In this document: in pieces, positions 1 to 8,507 of the stretch
Layout: every line of letters starts with the position of its first letter
Position numbering within the stretch: position 1 is the first letter of the stretch
Origin: a virus
Lineage: Duplodnaviria > Caudoviricetes
Virus record (IMG/VR): IMGVR_UViG_3300033121_001167
Coordinates: 1-64,000 of that record
Reading direction: 5' to 3' (one strand)
DNA: 64,000 nt
The notes under the pieces: model-generated
What the model was told of the DNA's origin: nothing
Database searches by the model: none
The model's input: only the letters and a program-made list of their open reading frames with translations
Position numbers and translations under genes: made by a program

Positions 1-231
1 ACAGTCGTTCCAACTCACATTTTCTACAGGTAAGTCATCGCCTTTGAAATGGCTGGGGTTGTTACCCATGACCGCAAGCCACTGTGCTTGCGTCACAGGG
101 TATTTTCCGATCTCAAAATCGGGCAGTGTGATTTCGTGCTGACGCTCGTCGTCGTGGCGACCGGCTTCGCTTTCCGGGCTGCCCATCAAAAACGTGCCGC
201 CTTGGACAAAAATCATTTCTATTTCGTTCAT
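1..231 (-). CDS. FGE-sulfatase (C-type lectin fold) protein, copy C, 5' part only (runs off the window)
   Basis: nt 1-313 are identical to 2905-3217; ATG at 231 gives MNEIEMIFVQGGTFLMGS... Confidence 0.9.
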   Translation of the reverse strand, partial: MNEIEMIFVQGGTFLMGSPESEAGRHDDERQHEITLPDFEIGKYPVTQAQWLAVMGNNPSHFKGDDLPVENVSWNDC

Positions 232-259
232 AATATCGTTTGTTTTAAAAATTATAGTA

Positions 260-291
260 CAAAGGTATGTCCAAGTTCAAATGTCTCCAAA
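260..291 (-). promoter_or_regulatory. Bacteroidota-type promoter of FGE copy C
   Basis: Minus strand TTTG-N20-TACCTTTG. Confidence 0.75.
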
Positions 292-534
292 CATTTTGGT
301 ACTGTTAACTTTTCGTTTAGATTTAGGGACAACTGTTGACAAACTAAATGCAGTTAATTCCGCCTCTGTTAACTCTCTCCACCATTTCGCCATATAGCCC
401 ATAAATTTGCCTTCTGTTGCATTAAATCCAGTTTCTCGGGTGTAAGTCCCCAACACTTCCTTCCCTTCACCAGCGATGAAATAAACGGGTTGTTGGTGTT
501 GGGGATGAACAAGATGAAAATTATTGTATTTCAA
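277..534 (-). CDS. Hypothetical protein, 85 aa
   Basis: Co-oriented ORF; its last ~12 codons lie inside the 313-nt repeat. Confidence 0.6.
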   Translation of the reverse strand: MKYNNFHLVHPQHQQPVYFIAGEGKEVLGTYTRETGFNATEGKFMGYMAKWWRELTEAELTAFSLSTVVPKSKRKVNSTKMFGDI

Positions 535-539
535 TTTAG

Positions 540-818
540 TTAACCGATGAATGTTTGCGGATTGATTGCTAATGATAACTCGTCAATATTCGTCCGATAT
601 TCGCAAACAAACTTTACTCCATCGTCGCTGTTCCACACCATGCCTCCCAATTTATCAACGATAAACTGACCATTCACCTCACGAATTGGAATATCACCTT
701 TTATATTTCCAGTTGATTTTGACCACATTCTCCCAAAATCATCAACGTACACAGTTAGTATGGACTTGGATTTTAGTCCATTCCTGATTGCTTTTTTTAT
801 TGCTATGTGATTTACCAT
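540..818 (-). CDS. Hypothetical protein, 92 aa
   Basis: Co-oriented ORF downstream of a consensus promoter. Confidence 0.65.
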   Translation of the reverse strand: MVNHIAIKKAIRNGLKSKSILTVYVDDFGRMWSKSTGNIKGDIPIREVNGQFIVDKLGGMVWNSDDGVKFVCEYRTNIDELSLAINPQTFIG

Positions 819-842
819 TTCAGTAGTTATTAAATGATGTTA

Positions 843-875
843 CAAAGATAAGACACAACTACTGATAGTTGCAAA
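843..875 (-). promoter_or_regulatory. Bacteroidota-type promoter
   Basis: Minus strand TTTG-N21-TATCTTTG. Confidence 0.75.
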
Positions 876-880
876 TCAAT

Positions 881-1561
881 TTACTTCGTTAACAAATCAT
901 TTGCTTTTCTGAGGCGTTTTTGCTCTAAATGATAAGTTTGATATTCCAACACCTTAACTTTAAATTTAAACCACGCAATATCTTCCTTTCGCTGATCCCA
1001 TTTCTCATCGTTGTAGAAAAATCGTGGGCAGTGTTTTCCGGTTACATCGTGGTGACGAACAACATGTGAAATATCTAAACCTTTATTAACTAACTGCCAA
1101 CCAAGTTGTTGTGCAGTCATATCTAAAATTAAAGAATCGTTTCTATCACCGCCTAAACACATTTCAAAACTTAAAGAGTTGTTGTTCTTTATTTTGTTTT
1201 CCAACCACGGTTTTGGAATGAATCCTAACCATTTACGATCTCCAACTGCATACGCAACGTTATGCTCTTCAGTACATTGGACAATTTCTTCATCGTCGAT
1301 ACAATAATGCGTTCCAGCGCGTTCTTTTTTTCGTAAATAATACGCATTTGCCCGAGCATCAGCACCCAGATTTAAGTTGGCGGTATAATGTACGATTAAA
1401 AATTCAATGGGTCTGTTGCGATGTTTCACAGTCCTGTCTAATATTTTTACAAAAGATACAGCAGCAACGAACGGGAGTAACGCGATCAACAAAAATAATT
1501 TGTTGTGAGTTAATATCCATCTTTTTAATTTTAGACTGTAATATTTTAATTTCCGTTTCAT
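881..1561 (-). CDS. N-acetylmuramoyl-L-alanine amidase (Amidase_2) with N-terminal hydrophobic anchor
   Basis: IVHYTAN, THYCID, AYAVGD, SLSFEMC and RHHDVTGKHCP Zn-amidase motifs. Confidence 0.9.
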   Translation of the reverse strand: MKRKLKYYSLKLKRWILTHNKLFLLIALLPFVAAVSFVKILDRTVKHRNRPIEFLIVHYTANLNLGADARANAYYLRKKERAGTHYCIDDEEIVQCTEEHNVAYAVGDRKWLGFIPKPWLENKIKNNNSLSFEMCLGGDRNDSLILDMTAQQLGWQLVNKGLDISHVVRHHDVTGKHCPRFFYNDEKWDQRKEDIAWFKFKVKVLEYQTYHLEQKRLRKANDLLTK

Positions 1562-2157
1562 TTGTATTCTCCTCTTGATTTTAAAATTGGGAGATAAATT
1601 GCTAATTTGGATTGGTTCTGCTCGGTGTATTTTCTAACACTCCTCCACTCATGCGACCACAATGCAAGTTCAAATCTGCGTCTGCGGTTATGTGCTTTCC
1701 GAATATTTTTATTAGGAGACCCACATCCACTTCTTGAACCGCAACATTTTCCGAGAGATGCACCAGAATTAGTAAGACCACAGTTGTAACTGTATAATTG
1801 CAATGCCAGATTTTTATACGGGTCTTGATGCAATCTGCCATACTTTGCGATTTCTCGCAATGTAATCGTCATCGCTTCGTCGAAAGTTACTTTACGGTCT
1901 TTGGTAAATTGTTTAATTTCGTTTCTTCGCACATTTCCCAAGTCATTCCAACCAAACCCGATTGAATATGCTTGTCTTCCATTTTGTCCACGACCATCTG
2001 GATACCACCATGAACGGTAACCTTCATTGGCTTTAATTTCCCAAATTAACATTTGGTATGGAGTGTACTCAAATTTGTGTGTATTTGCTGACATCAATAT
2101 GATAAAGAATAACATACACGATGCAAATACAAGTGCAGAGTCAAGTAATTTTTTCAT
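1558..2157 (-). CDS. Phage lysozyme (GH24-like) with N-terminal signal/anchor
   Basis: IKANEGY...YPDG...YSIGFG (E-D-S/T triad spacing); LQLYSYNCG. Confidence 0.75.
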   Translation of the reverse strand: MKKLLDSALVFASCMLFFIILMSANTHKFEYTPYQMLIWEIKANEGYRSWWYPDGRGQNGRQAYSIGFGWNDLGNVRRNEIKQFTKDRKVTFDEAMTITLREIAKYGRLHQDPYKNLALQLYSYNCGLTNSGASLGKCCGSRSGCGSPNKNIRKAHNRRRRFELALWSHEWRSVRKYTEQNQSKLAIYLPILKSRGEYK

Positions 2158-2343
2158 TTTTTTGGAGTCCTTGGATTAAATATAAAAATATCAATTCCCC
2201 TAAATATGAATAGAAACAAAATAGTCAATAATATCATATAAATGTTAAGAAAATCTTAAAATTGGGAACTTTCAATTAAGTATCCGACCACAAATGTATT
2301 TATATGCAGATAACTAAAACGTTAACAAAACGTTAACATATAT

Positions 2344-2381
2344 AAAAAAGCACTTATCCTATAACATTGGGATAAGTGCTT
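2344..2381 (-). terminator. Rho-independent terminator downstream of FGE copy A
   Basis: 12-bp perfect stem AAGCACTTATCC/GGATAAGTGCTT, 10-nt loop, U-tract on the minus strand. Confidence 0.85.
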
Positions 2382-2386
2382 ATATT

Positions 2387-2478
2387 CATCATACTTCGCT
2401 ATCGGTCGCCCACGACCTCTTTGCTTGTATGACTCATTTTATTTTTTTGCTCATAATGCTACGCAGATAACCCCTGAC
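2387..2478 (-). promoter_or_regulatory. Conserved non-coding element after the FGE stop (putative DGR IMH plus hairpin), copy A
   Basis: Matches 26866-26959 apart from 2 substitutions and a 2-nt homopolymer indel; contains the GGTCG-N4-CGACC hairpin at 2404-2417. Confidence 0.75.
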
Positions 2479-3135
2479 TCACCGGGAGGCGAGGCGGAAG
2501 CCGACATGGATGAGGCGGAGCGTCGGCTCGCCGTAGTTGCGATTAGCAGAGCGGCAGCTCCGAGCATCGTTGTACCAGCTGCCGCCGCGAAGCACGCGGT
2601 ACCCGCCCGAATCCGGTCCAGTCGGGTTGACCTGCGTCTCGGCGGGGTAGTCGCCATACCAATCGTTGCACCATTGCCACACGTTGCCGCTCATGTCGTG
2701 GAGTCCCAGTTCGTTGGGCTTTTTTGTGCCAACAGGGTGGGTTTGGGCGCAATCGTACCAAGCGACTTCTTCCAAGTCGTTGCTTCCTGCGTACAAGTAG
2801 CCTTTGCTTTGAACGCCGCCACGAGCAGCGAACTCCCACTCCGCTTCCGTCGGCAAACGATATTGCCGGCCCGTCAACGAGTTGAGTTTTTGGATGAACT
2901 CCTGACAGTCGTTCCAACTCACATTTTCTACAGGTAAGTCATCGCCTTTGAAATGGCTGGGGTTGTTACCCATGACCGCAAGCCACTGTGCTTGCGTCAC
3001 AGGGTATTTTCCGATCTCAAAATCGGGCAGTGTGATTTCGTGCTGACGCTCGTCGTCGTGGCGACCGGCTTCGCTTTCCGGGCTGCCCATCAAAAACGTG
3101 CCGCCTTGGACAAAAATCATTTCTATTTCGTTCAT
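2479..3135 (-). CDS. FGE-sulfatase (C-type lectin fold) protein, putative DGR target, copy A
   Basis: YRLPTEAEWEFAARGG, LHDMSGNVWQWC, RVLRGGSW...GFRLA; lacks the catalytic FGE Cys pair. Confidence 0.95.
   Translation of the reverse strand: MNEIEMIFVQGGTFLMGSPESEAGRHDDERQHEITLPDFEIGKYPVTQAQWLAVMGNNPSHFKGDDLPVENVSWNDCQEFIQKLNSLTGRQYRLPTEAEWEFAARGGVQSKGYLYAGSNDLEEVAWYDCAQTHPVGTKKPNELGLHDMSGNVWQWCNDWYGDYPAETQVNPTGPDSGGYRVLRGGSWYNDARSCRSANRNYGEPTLRLIHVGFRLASR
2482..2619 (-). repeat. Putative DGR variable repeat VR-A
   Basis: 26 mismatches against 26963-27100, concentrated at codon positions 1-2 of NNC/NNT codons. Confidence 0.85.
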
Positions 3136-3217
3136 AATATCGTTTGTTTTAAAAATTATAGTACAAAGGTATGTCCAAGTTCAAATGTCTCCAAACATTT
3201 TGGTACTGTTAACTTTT
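2905..3217. repeat. Exact direct repeat, copy 2
   Basis: Identical to 1-313. Confidence 0.97.
3164..3195 (-). promoter_or_regulatory. Bacteroidota-type promoter of FGE copy A
   Basis: Minus strand TTTG-N20-TACCTTTG, 28 nt upstream of the ATG. Confidence 0.75.
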
Positions 3218-3228
3218 GATTAACACTA

Positions 3229-3408
3229 TCAATCATTTAAAACTTGCCTGTTGCCTTTAGTCTGCCATTCCTTCAACTTTTGAAGCGAAATAGTCAATTC
3301 AGACACATTGGTAGATGGTGGATTAGTCAGCCAAAATCGTGTGGGTCGGCGATTTTCTTGGATTGCGGTCAAATCCGTCGTTAGTATCCAAACCTTTATT
3401 GTTTCCAT
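3229..3408 (-). CDS. Small hypothetical protein, 59 aa (METIKVWILTTD...)
   Basis: Translated by hand; below the ORF-track cutoff; fills the gap. Confidence 0.4.
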   Translation of the reverse strand: METIKVWILTTDLTAIQENRRPTRFWLTNPPSTNVSELTISLQKLKEWQTKGNRQVLND

Positions 3409-3568
3409 TTTTTAACTCCGTTATTTTTTGGATGATCCCTGCATGATACAACTGAAGTTCTTCCATATATTGCTGAACTTCCAGATGTTCGTATTGAACT
3501 ACCCCGAGTTCTTTATACGCCTCATCCATTGTAAAATTATTAATATTGTGAAAAGTCAATTTCATCAT
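3323..3568 (-). CDS. Hypothetical protein (start re-called at MMKLTF)
   Basis: 3' part of ORF 3323..3715; the upstream part overlaps the HNH-like gene. Confidence 0.5.
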   Translation of the reverse strand: MMKLTFHNINNFTMDEAYKELGVVQYEHLEVQQYMEELQLYHAGIIQKITELKNGNNKGLDTNDGFDRNPRKSPTHTILAD

Positions 3569-4106
3569 CTTGTTGCGGTTCGTATTGTTCGTAAATTTTA
3601 GTTTGTTCATCTTTGTAGTATCCACCGACCGGACGCAATTTTCCATAATATGAATTATAACAATTGTGGCAAACCAATTCCACGTTTTCGCGCCTAAAAT
3701 CACGTCGGTCTCCATTTTTGAAAACTAATATTGTCGGAGAGGCATTATCAAATAATCTGCGTTCAGAATAGCCACAAATTCCGCATTCATCCAAAAATTC
3801 CCCATCTTCAATGATTCTACGCTTAAATTCAGATTTTGGAAGACTTGGATGTGTACCATTTAAAAGTTCTGTACCACTTAACCGATACCGTTTTTTGGTA
3901 TGTACTGATGCGCCTTTTCTATGGCGATGGAGTTCAAACAGGCTTTTTCCCGTCTCTGCATCAATTACCATCTTGGCGTATTTATTATAAACTGCACACG
4001 AAACATGTAAAAACCGGGCGGCCTGTGAGTTATTGCCACTGTTTCGCATTGCATACCGAATTTCAGATTCGGTCAAATTGTATCGGGGACTTTTCCAAAA
4101 ACTCAT
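3540..4106 (-). CDS. HNH-like zinc-finger protein with N-terminal HTH-like region
   Basis: CGICG...NGDRRDFRRENVELVCHNC; the canonical HNH His appears substituted. Confidence 0.6.
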   Translation of the reverse strand: MSFWKSPRYNLTESEIRYAMRNSGNNSQAARFLHVSCAVYNKYAKMVIDAETGKSLFELHRHRKGASVHTKKRYRLSGTELLNGTHPSLPKSEFKRRIIEDGEFLDECGICGYSERRLFDNASPTILVFKNGDRRDFRRENVELVCHNCYNSYYGKLRPVGGYYKDEQTKIYEQYEPQQDDEIDFSQY

Positions 4107-4378
4107 GCTGTTAATTTATCCTCAATTACATGTAAAAACCAAACACAACCAGAAAGAAACATCGTATTCAAAAACCAGTTTGTGTTGAGATTAAACTCTG
4201 GGAAAATAAGATGAACAAAAAAACTGACCCACACAGATGTGCACAAAAAACAAGTCAGCAATTTATACAAAAATGGAATACGAGTAACAAACATCATACG
4301 GAATGGTTTAAAAAGATAACTTTCGCTGATGATTTGAGTTATTTGATATATTACTACTAAAATGAATACTAAATTCAT
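4103..4378 (-). CDS. DUF1360-like membrane protein
   Basis: LLTCFLCTSVW motif and hydrophobic helices. Confidence 0.6.
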   Translation of the reverse strand: MNLVFILVVIYQITQIISESYLFKPFRMMFVTRIPFLYKLLTCFLCTSVWVSFFVHLIFPEFNLNTNWFLNTMFLSGCVWFLHVIEDKLTA

Positions 4379-4611
4379 GTTACTTCAAATGATAAATTAT
4401 TTTTTACTAATTTCGCAGTAATATTTTGAATTTCTTCTATCGTGCCTTCAAATATTTTACATTTCCCATATGATTTCAATCTTTCCACGATGATATTTGC
4501 TTGAATTGGCAGTAATTCCATTTCCACTTTTAAAAAATGCACAATTGCATCATCGGGCATTTGACCACTTTTTAAAGTAATGTTATATTTTTTGTCTTTA
4601 CAACATGCCAT
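4375..4611 (-). CDS. ClpS-like adaptor protein
   Basis: Size and pattern (...QANIIVERLKSYGKCKIFEG...NLSFEV) resemble the ClpS core. Confidence 0.45.
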   Translation of the reverse strand: MACCKDKKYNITLKSGQMPDDAIVHFLKVEMELLPIQANIIVERLKSYGKCKIFEGTIEEIQNITAKLVKNNLSFEVT

Positions 4612-4727
4612 AGATTTTCCATCACTTCTAATGCAGTGTTACCAAATTGTGCATATATGCGCTGGTCATTGAATCCAACCCATCCAAACCAACATTCATT
4701 ATGTTGTTTGATATTAAATTTTAGCAT
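4572..4727 (-). CDS. Small hypothetical protein, 51 aa (MLKFNIKQHN...)
   Basis: Translated by hand; spans the gap between neighbours. Confidence 0.35.
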   Translation of the reverse strand: MLKFNIKQHNECWFGWVGFNDQRIYAQFGNTALEVMENLWHVVKTKNITLL

Positions 4728-5196
4728 TTCTTTTCCTATGATTTTCCAATTCTTTCATCAATTGTCTCCCAACATCGTATGCGGGCGAATACCATGAAAG
4801 ATCGGGTTCTTTTTTTGGTTTTTCTTCTGGAGGAGGTTCCTCGTCGGCAGCAGGTTCTTCTTCTGAAGGTTCGGGCTTCTCCTCTTCTTCTGGAGGTTTC
4901 CCAGTCATTTGGGCATTTAGTTTATCCAACGTAATTAGCCTACCACCAGCCTTTATTTTAGTGATGTTGCGATAATCAAATTCAGTCGCATTCCCAAACT
5001 CATCATACCCGACACCACGTCTAAAATTTTCCAAGTCGCTCAAATCTGATATAATATACCAGTCATCATTTGCATACACTTTCAGTGATACTTGCTGGTC
5101 TATATATTGTGCCAAAAATTTATTATCAAAATAATACATCGTCCGGGTTTCCTTTGTTTCGGTAATTATCTTTTTTATTTGGTTTTTCAGCCTCAA
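4714..5196 (-). CDS. Hypothetical protein with Glu/Pro-rich linker
   Basis: 160-aa ORF; PPEEEEKPEPSEEE low-complexity stretch. Confidence 0.75.
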   Translation of the reverse strand: MRLKNQIKKIITETKETRTMYYFDNKFLAQYIDQQVSLKVYANDDWYIISDLSDLENFRRGVGYDEFGNATEFDYRNITKIKAGGRLITLDKLNAQMTGKPPEEEEKPEPSEEEPAADEEPPPEEKPKKEPDLSWYSPAYDVGRQLMKELENHRKRNAKI

Positions 5197-5274
5197 TCTT
5201 TTTGGGCTTCTTTTTAATTTTGATTTTGGTTGGTTCCTGTTCCCACCCTTCCAAATCGTCGTGGATATTGATTT

Positions 5275-5598
5275 TCATCTTATTTGATCAACTTTCTCCA
5301 ATTTTTTTAAAATTTGTTCAATCGTATATTTCTGACCATTTTTATTAAATATACGAGTTTTTTCCAAAATATCAGTTCGGTTTTGATTGACTAATTCTTC
5401 AAAAATTACATATCCCGCTCCGCGATTGAATGTAGTGCGATATTTAGACGAATCTGCAATTTTTGAAAATAAAAAATGCCCAAACTGGTTAATTTCATGT
5501 TCAACATCGTGTAAATTATCGCCCGGAAATGTAATATAAATTACAACATTTGGTTTATCCAACCACTCAGGTTTATTTTTGGTGTCCATCCTAAACAT
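5275..5598 (-). CDS. Hypothetical protein, 107 aa
   Basis: Co-oriented ORF. Confidence 0.65.
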   Translation of the reverse strand: MFRMDTKNKPEWLDKPNVVIYITFPGDNLHDVEHEINQFGHFLFSKIADSSKYRTTFNRGAGYVIFEELVNQNRTDILEKTRIFNKNGQKYTIEQILKKLEKVDQIR

Positions 5599-6446
5599 TT
5601 TTTTGCAAGTGAATTATCAGCACATACGAAGTTTGGTTCATTTCGTGCGGGCAAATTTCTACGAGGATACTCCTTCCCCCCAATCATGTCGCATAATTCA
5701 TTGATCGAATATGTAGTTCCAGTTCCGATGTTGAACACACCAGACTCATTATAATTTGCTGCTAACATGTTTGCTTCAATTACATCGTCAATATTTGTAA
5801 AATCTCGGCGTTGTTCACCATTCCCACAAATAGTAAATGGCAGGCCGTCATATTTTTGATTTAAAAATGTTTGAAGGGCTTGCATATATGGTCCTTCACT
5901 GGTCATGTAATTGCCATAGACATTAAAATATCTAAGTATTTTTCCTTTCAACCCAAAATGCTCGCTATAAAATTTAATGTAGTTTTCAGCCACTAATTTT
6001 TGCATTGCATAGGGGCTGGTTGGGTTTGGAGTGTCCGATTCTTTACTTGGAGTATTTTTGTTTCCATATACTGAACTACTACCAGCAAATATGAAATTAT
6101 TTAATCCAGCAGCGCGACATGCTTCCAGCGCAATTGTTGTGCCATGCACATTTGTAAGATCATACAATGGAATATTGTCAAACGATGGTTGAACCCTCGC
6201 TTTTGCGGCTAAATGAAAAAATGCGTCGGCACCATCAATTTGTTTAGCCAACGAAGTTACCTTCATTTTACCAATGTCGTAGTAATAAAATTTGATGTGC
6301 CGAAGTAAACCAGCATCCAATGTTTTTTGATCTGTGGTTGAATAATTATCATACCCAATGACAGTATGACCTTCATCCAGACATCTTTTCATTAGATGCC
6401 TTCCGATAAATCCACAACAACCTGTTATAACTATTTTTTTACTCAT
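5541..6446 (-). CDS. NAD-dependent nucleotide-sugar epimerase/dehydratase (extended SDR)
   Basis: ITGCCGFIG, HLAA, SSSVYG, YAMQK, RYFNVYG, RRDFT. Confidence 0.95.
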   Translation of the reverse strand: MSKKIVITGCCGFIGRHLMKRCLDEGHTVIGYDNYSTTDQKTLDAGLLRHIKFYYYDIGKMKVTSLAKQIDGADAFFHLAAKARVQPSFDNIPLYDLTNVHGTTIALEACRAAGLNNFIFAGSSSVYGNKNTPSKESDTPNPTSPYAMQKLVAENYIKFYSEHFGLKGKILRYFNVYGNYMTSEGPYMQALQTFLNQKYDGLPFTICGNGEQRRDFTNIDDVIEANMLAANYNESGVFNIGTGTTYSINELCDMIGGKEYPRRNLPARNEPNFVCADNSLAKKCLGWTPKINLSGWINQML

Positions 6447-6448
6447 TT

Positions 6449-8506
6449 TTAACCAATGAAAGTGAATGATTTTTCAGTACTACCACCTGTCGTAGCATAA
6501 TTAATTGTTAAAATATTTCCGTTTGATGCAGTTGCAAAATTTGAAATGCCCGATTCTGGATATTTTGCGACTGCATATATTTTATTTACACTCTCGTACC
6601 AGTCAAACATAAAAGTTTTTGTCGTTCCGGAACCAGTCGTCGTTAAATTGTAAATGGAGTCGGTTGGAACATTGCTTCCAGACAAATAAATATCAACTTT
6701 ATAATCTACAGATGTTTGTGCGCAATTTAACAATGACCCAGTAACACGATTTATGTTTTGGTTATAGGTTATATAATCCGATTTCCACGACGGTCGTTGT
6801 ATCGTGGAGGGTAACATTGTGCCTGTAAGCGGGTCAAAATATTTTAATTTAATTTGGTTCAAATATACTGGCTGATTAGTATAATTTATATACCAATTTA
6901 ATAAAAACGGCGTAATTCTCAATGACAACTCCGTAGAAAATCCAATAAAAGAACTGGCACCAAAAAACGATGCAGAAACGCCATTAGACCCGGTGCTGGC
7001 ATAATAAAATATTGGTGAACTTGGAGCAGTAGCTGAATTATACTGATTTATTGAAATAGGCGAGTGCATATAGTACGAAGTCTTAATATCGGACGATATA
7101 CTACGAGTTGGACTGAAATTCTGAGTAGTTAGAAGCGCCACTGGTGCAGTAGAAGACCCTGTGGAAAAGTAAATAATATTATTATGTCCATATACCCCAC
7201 TTGGTAATTTACTACTACTATAATTTAAAAGTAAGTACCCAGAATAACCTATATCCGAGATTGTCGCCTGGCCATATATTCCAAAATTTAAAGTATTATA
7301 TCCTGCACTTAATTGATAATTTGAACTTGTTGCTGCTTGAGAATCAAATCTATGGTTTATAGTTGCTGGGCCACCAATTGCAGTGGATGTTCTAATATTG
7401 CTGTTCCCATACGGATAATTGAATACATTATTGATTACAACCGATTTTGTATAACCCGCTGATACAATTGGCATAGTCAATATTATTGCAGAATGACACA
7501 TGGACGGATTCAATTCTGGTATTAAAAAATTACACACTCCATAAATAGATGTATTATATCCAGTGTTAAGTTTATAAAAATCCTCATTAAATGGTACCAT
7601 CATACTGGACATTATTTGTGTGCTCAAATCAGACCGATAAGTATATGTTATACACACAGTTGGGCTAACATCGGCAAATCGTTGCAAAGATGAACTTGCT
7701 TTCAGGGTATGTGCAGTTGATGTATCTAATGTCCCGCTGACATTCTGAATGTCAAAATAATATGTATCAGAAGCCATAGAATTTTGTAGAACGAATCTAG
7801 CACTCGTTGATCCAGAATCTATCTGCGTAACTAATCTCGTTGTTGTATCTAATGACCTTGCACTATCATACCCAGTATATTGTATCCATATATCTTTGTA
7901 ATCTTTTGTGGATTCTGGTAAAAATGTGTCAAATGCTGGAATATTGGTATATCCGCCAATAGTTTTTCCAAACACTTGCCTACCACCCGCTCCAGCAAAT
8001 AACCATTGCTGATTAAAATTATTAGTATCTAATGGTAGGCGAACAGTTTTTATATTTGTTACTACATCTGTGTCATCAAATTGATATGTTGCTATCAGTT
8101 TGAAACTATGTCCTGTCCACATCCCAGAATTGGCGGCTGGAAATGAAAACCGTGGGGATACAACATGAGATGACCCCGTAAAACGAGTATTAAATAAGTT
8201 TGTAAAATTTTGTTTGTAAAATAATGTTGCATGATCTCCAGTCCCATTTATTGTTGATGTTGCTGCGGGAGCACCGCCCAAATTGCCATCAACCGAACAT
8301 GAAAAAGCGTAATTAGCAACACTCGCAATTGTTGTACCTGTATTAGCATCCCGCAAGTACATCTCTATATCTACACATAAAAAAGTCCGACTTCCAGTTT
8401 CTGGTATAAAAACTTGTTTATTTGATCCTGAGACTACAATAGAACCGCTTTGAGCAGATGTCAACGTTTCCCATCCATACTCAACCGTATTAATTCTGAA
8501 AGCCAT
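6449..8506 (-). CDS. Large Ser/Thr/Asn-rich beta-strand protein, probable virion/tail component
   Basis: 685 aa with a composition typical of tail proteins; adjacent to a tail-fibre-like gene. Confidence 0.55.
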   Translation of the reverse strand: MAFRINTVEYGWETLTSAQSGSIVVSGSNKQVFIPETGSRTFLCVDIEMYLRDANTGTTIASVANYAFSCSVDGNLGGAPAATSTINGTGDHATLFYKQNFTNLFNTRFTGSSHVVSPRFSFPAANSGMWTGHSFKLIATYQFDDTDVVTNIKTVRLPLDTNNFNQQWLFAGAGGRQVFGKTIGGYTNIPAFDTFLPESTKDYKDIWIQYTGYDSARSLDTTTRLVTQIDSGSTSARFVLQNSMASDTYYFDIQNVSGTLDTSTAHTLKASSSLQRFADVSPTVCITYTYRSDLSTQIMSSMMVPFNEDFYKLNTGYNTSIYGVCNFLIPELNPSMCHSAIILTMPIVSAGYTKSVVINNVFNYPYGNSNIRTSTAIGGPATINHRFDSQAATSSNYQLSAGYNTLNFGIYGQATISDIGYSGYLLLNYSSSKLPSGVYGHNNIIYFSTGSSTAPVALLTTQNFSPTRSISSDIKTSYYMHSPISINQYNSATAPSSPIFYYASTGSNGVSASFFGASSFIGFSTELSLRITPFLLNWYINYTNQPVYLNQIKLKYFDPLTGTMLPSTIQRPSWKSDYITYNQNINRVTGSLLNCAQTSVDYKVDIYLSGSNVPTDSIYNLTTTGSGTTKTFMFDWYESVNKIYAVAKYPESGISNFATASNGNILTINYATTGGSTEKSFTFIG

Positions 8507-8507
8507 A

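Larger units (their letters stand above)
1..313. repeat. Exact direct repeat, copy 1 (promoter plus 5' end of the FGE gene)
   Basis: Base-by-base identity with 2905-3217; the copies diverge after ...ACTGTTAACTTTT. Confidence 0.97.

Noticed and set aside
2479-3135. Active formylglycine-generating enzyme
   Set aside because: The catalytic Cys pair after RGGS is absent, and that region is the variable segment.
4780-4900. Purine/pyrimidine-skewed repeat-like stretch
   Set aside because: Explained by the Glu/Pro-rich linker of ORF 4714..5196.
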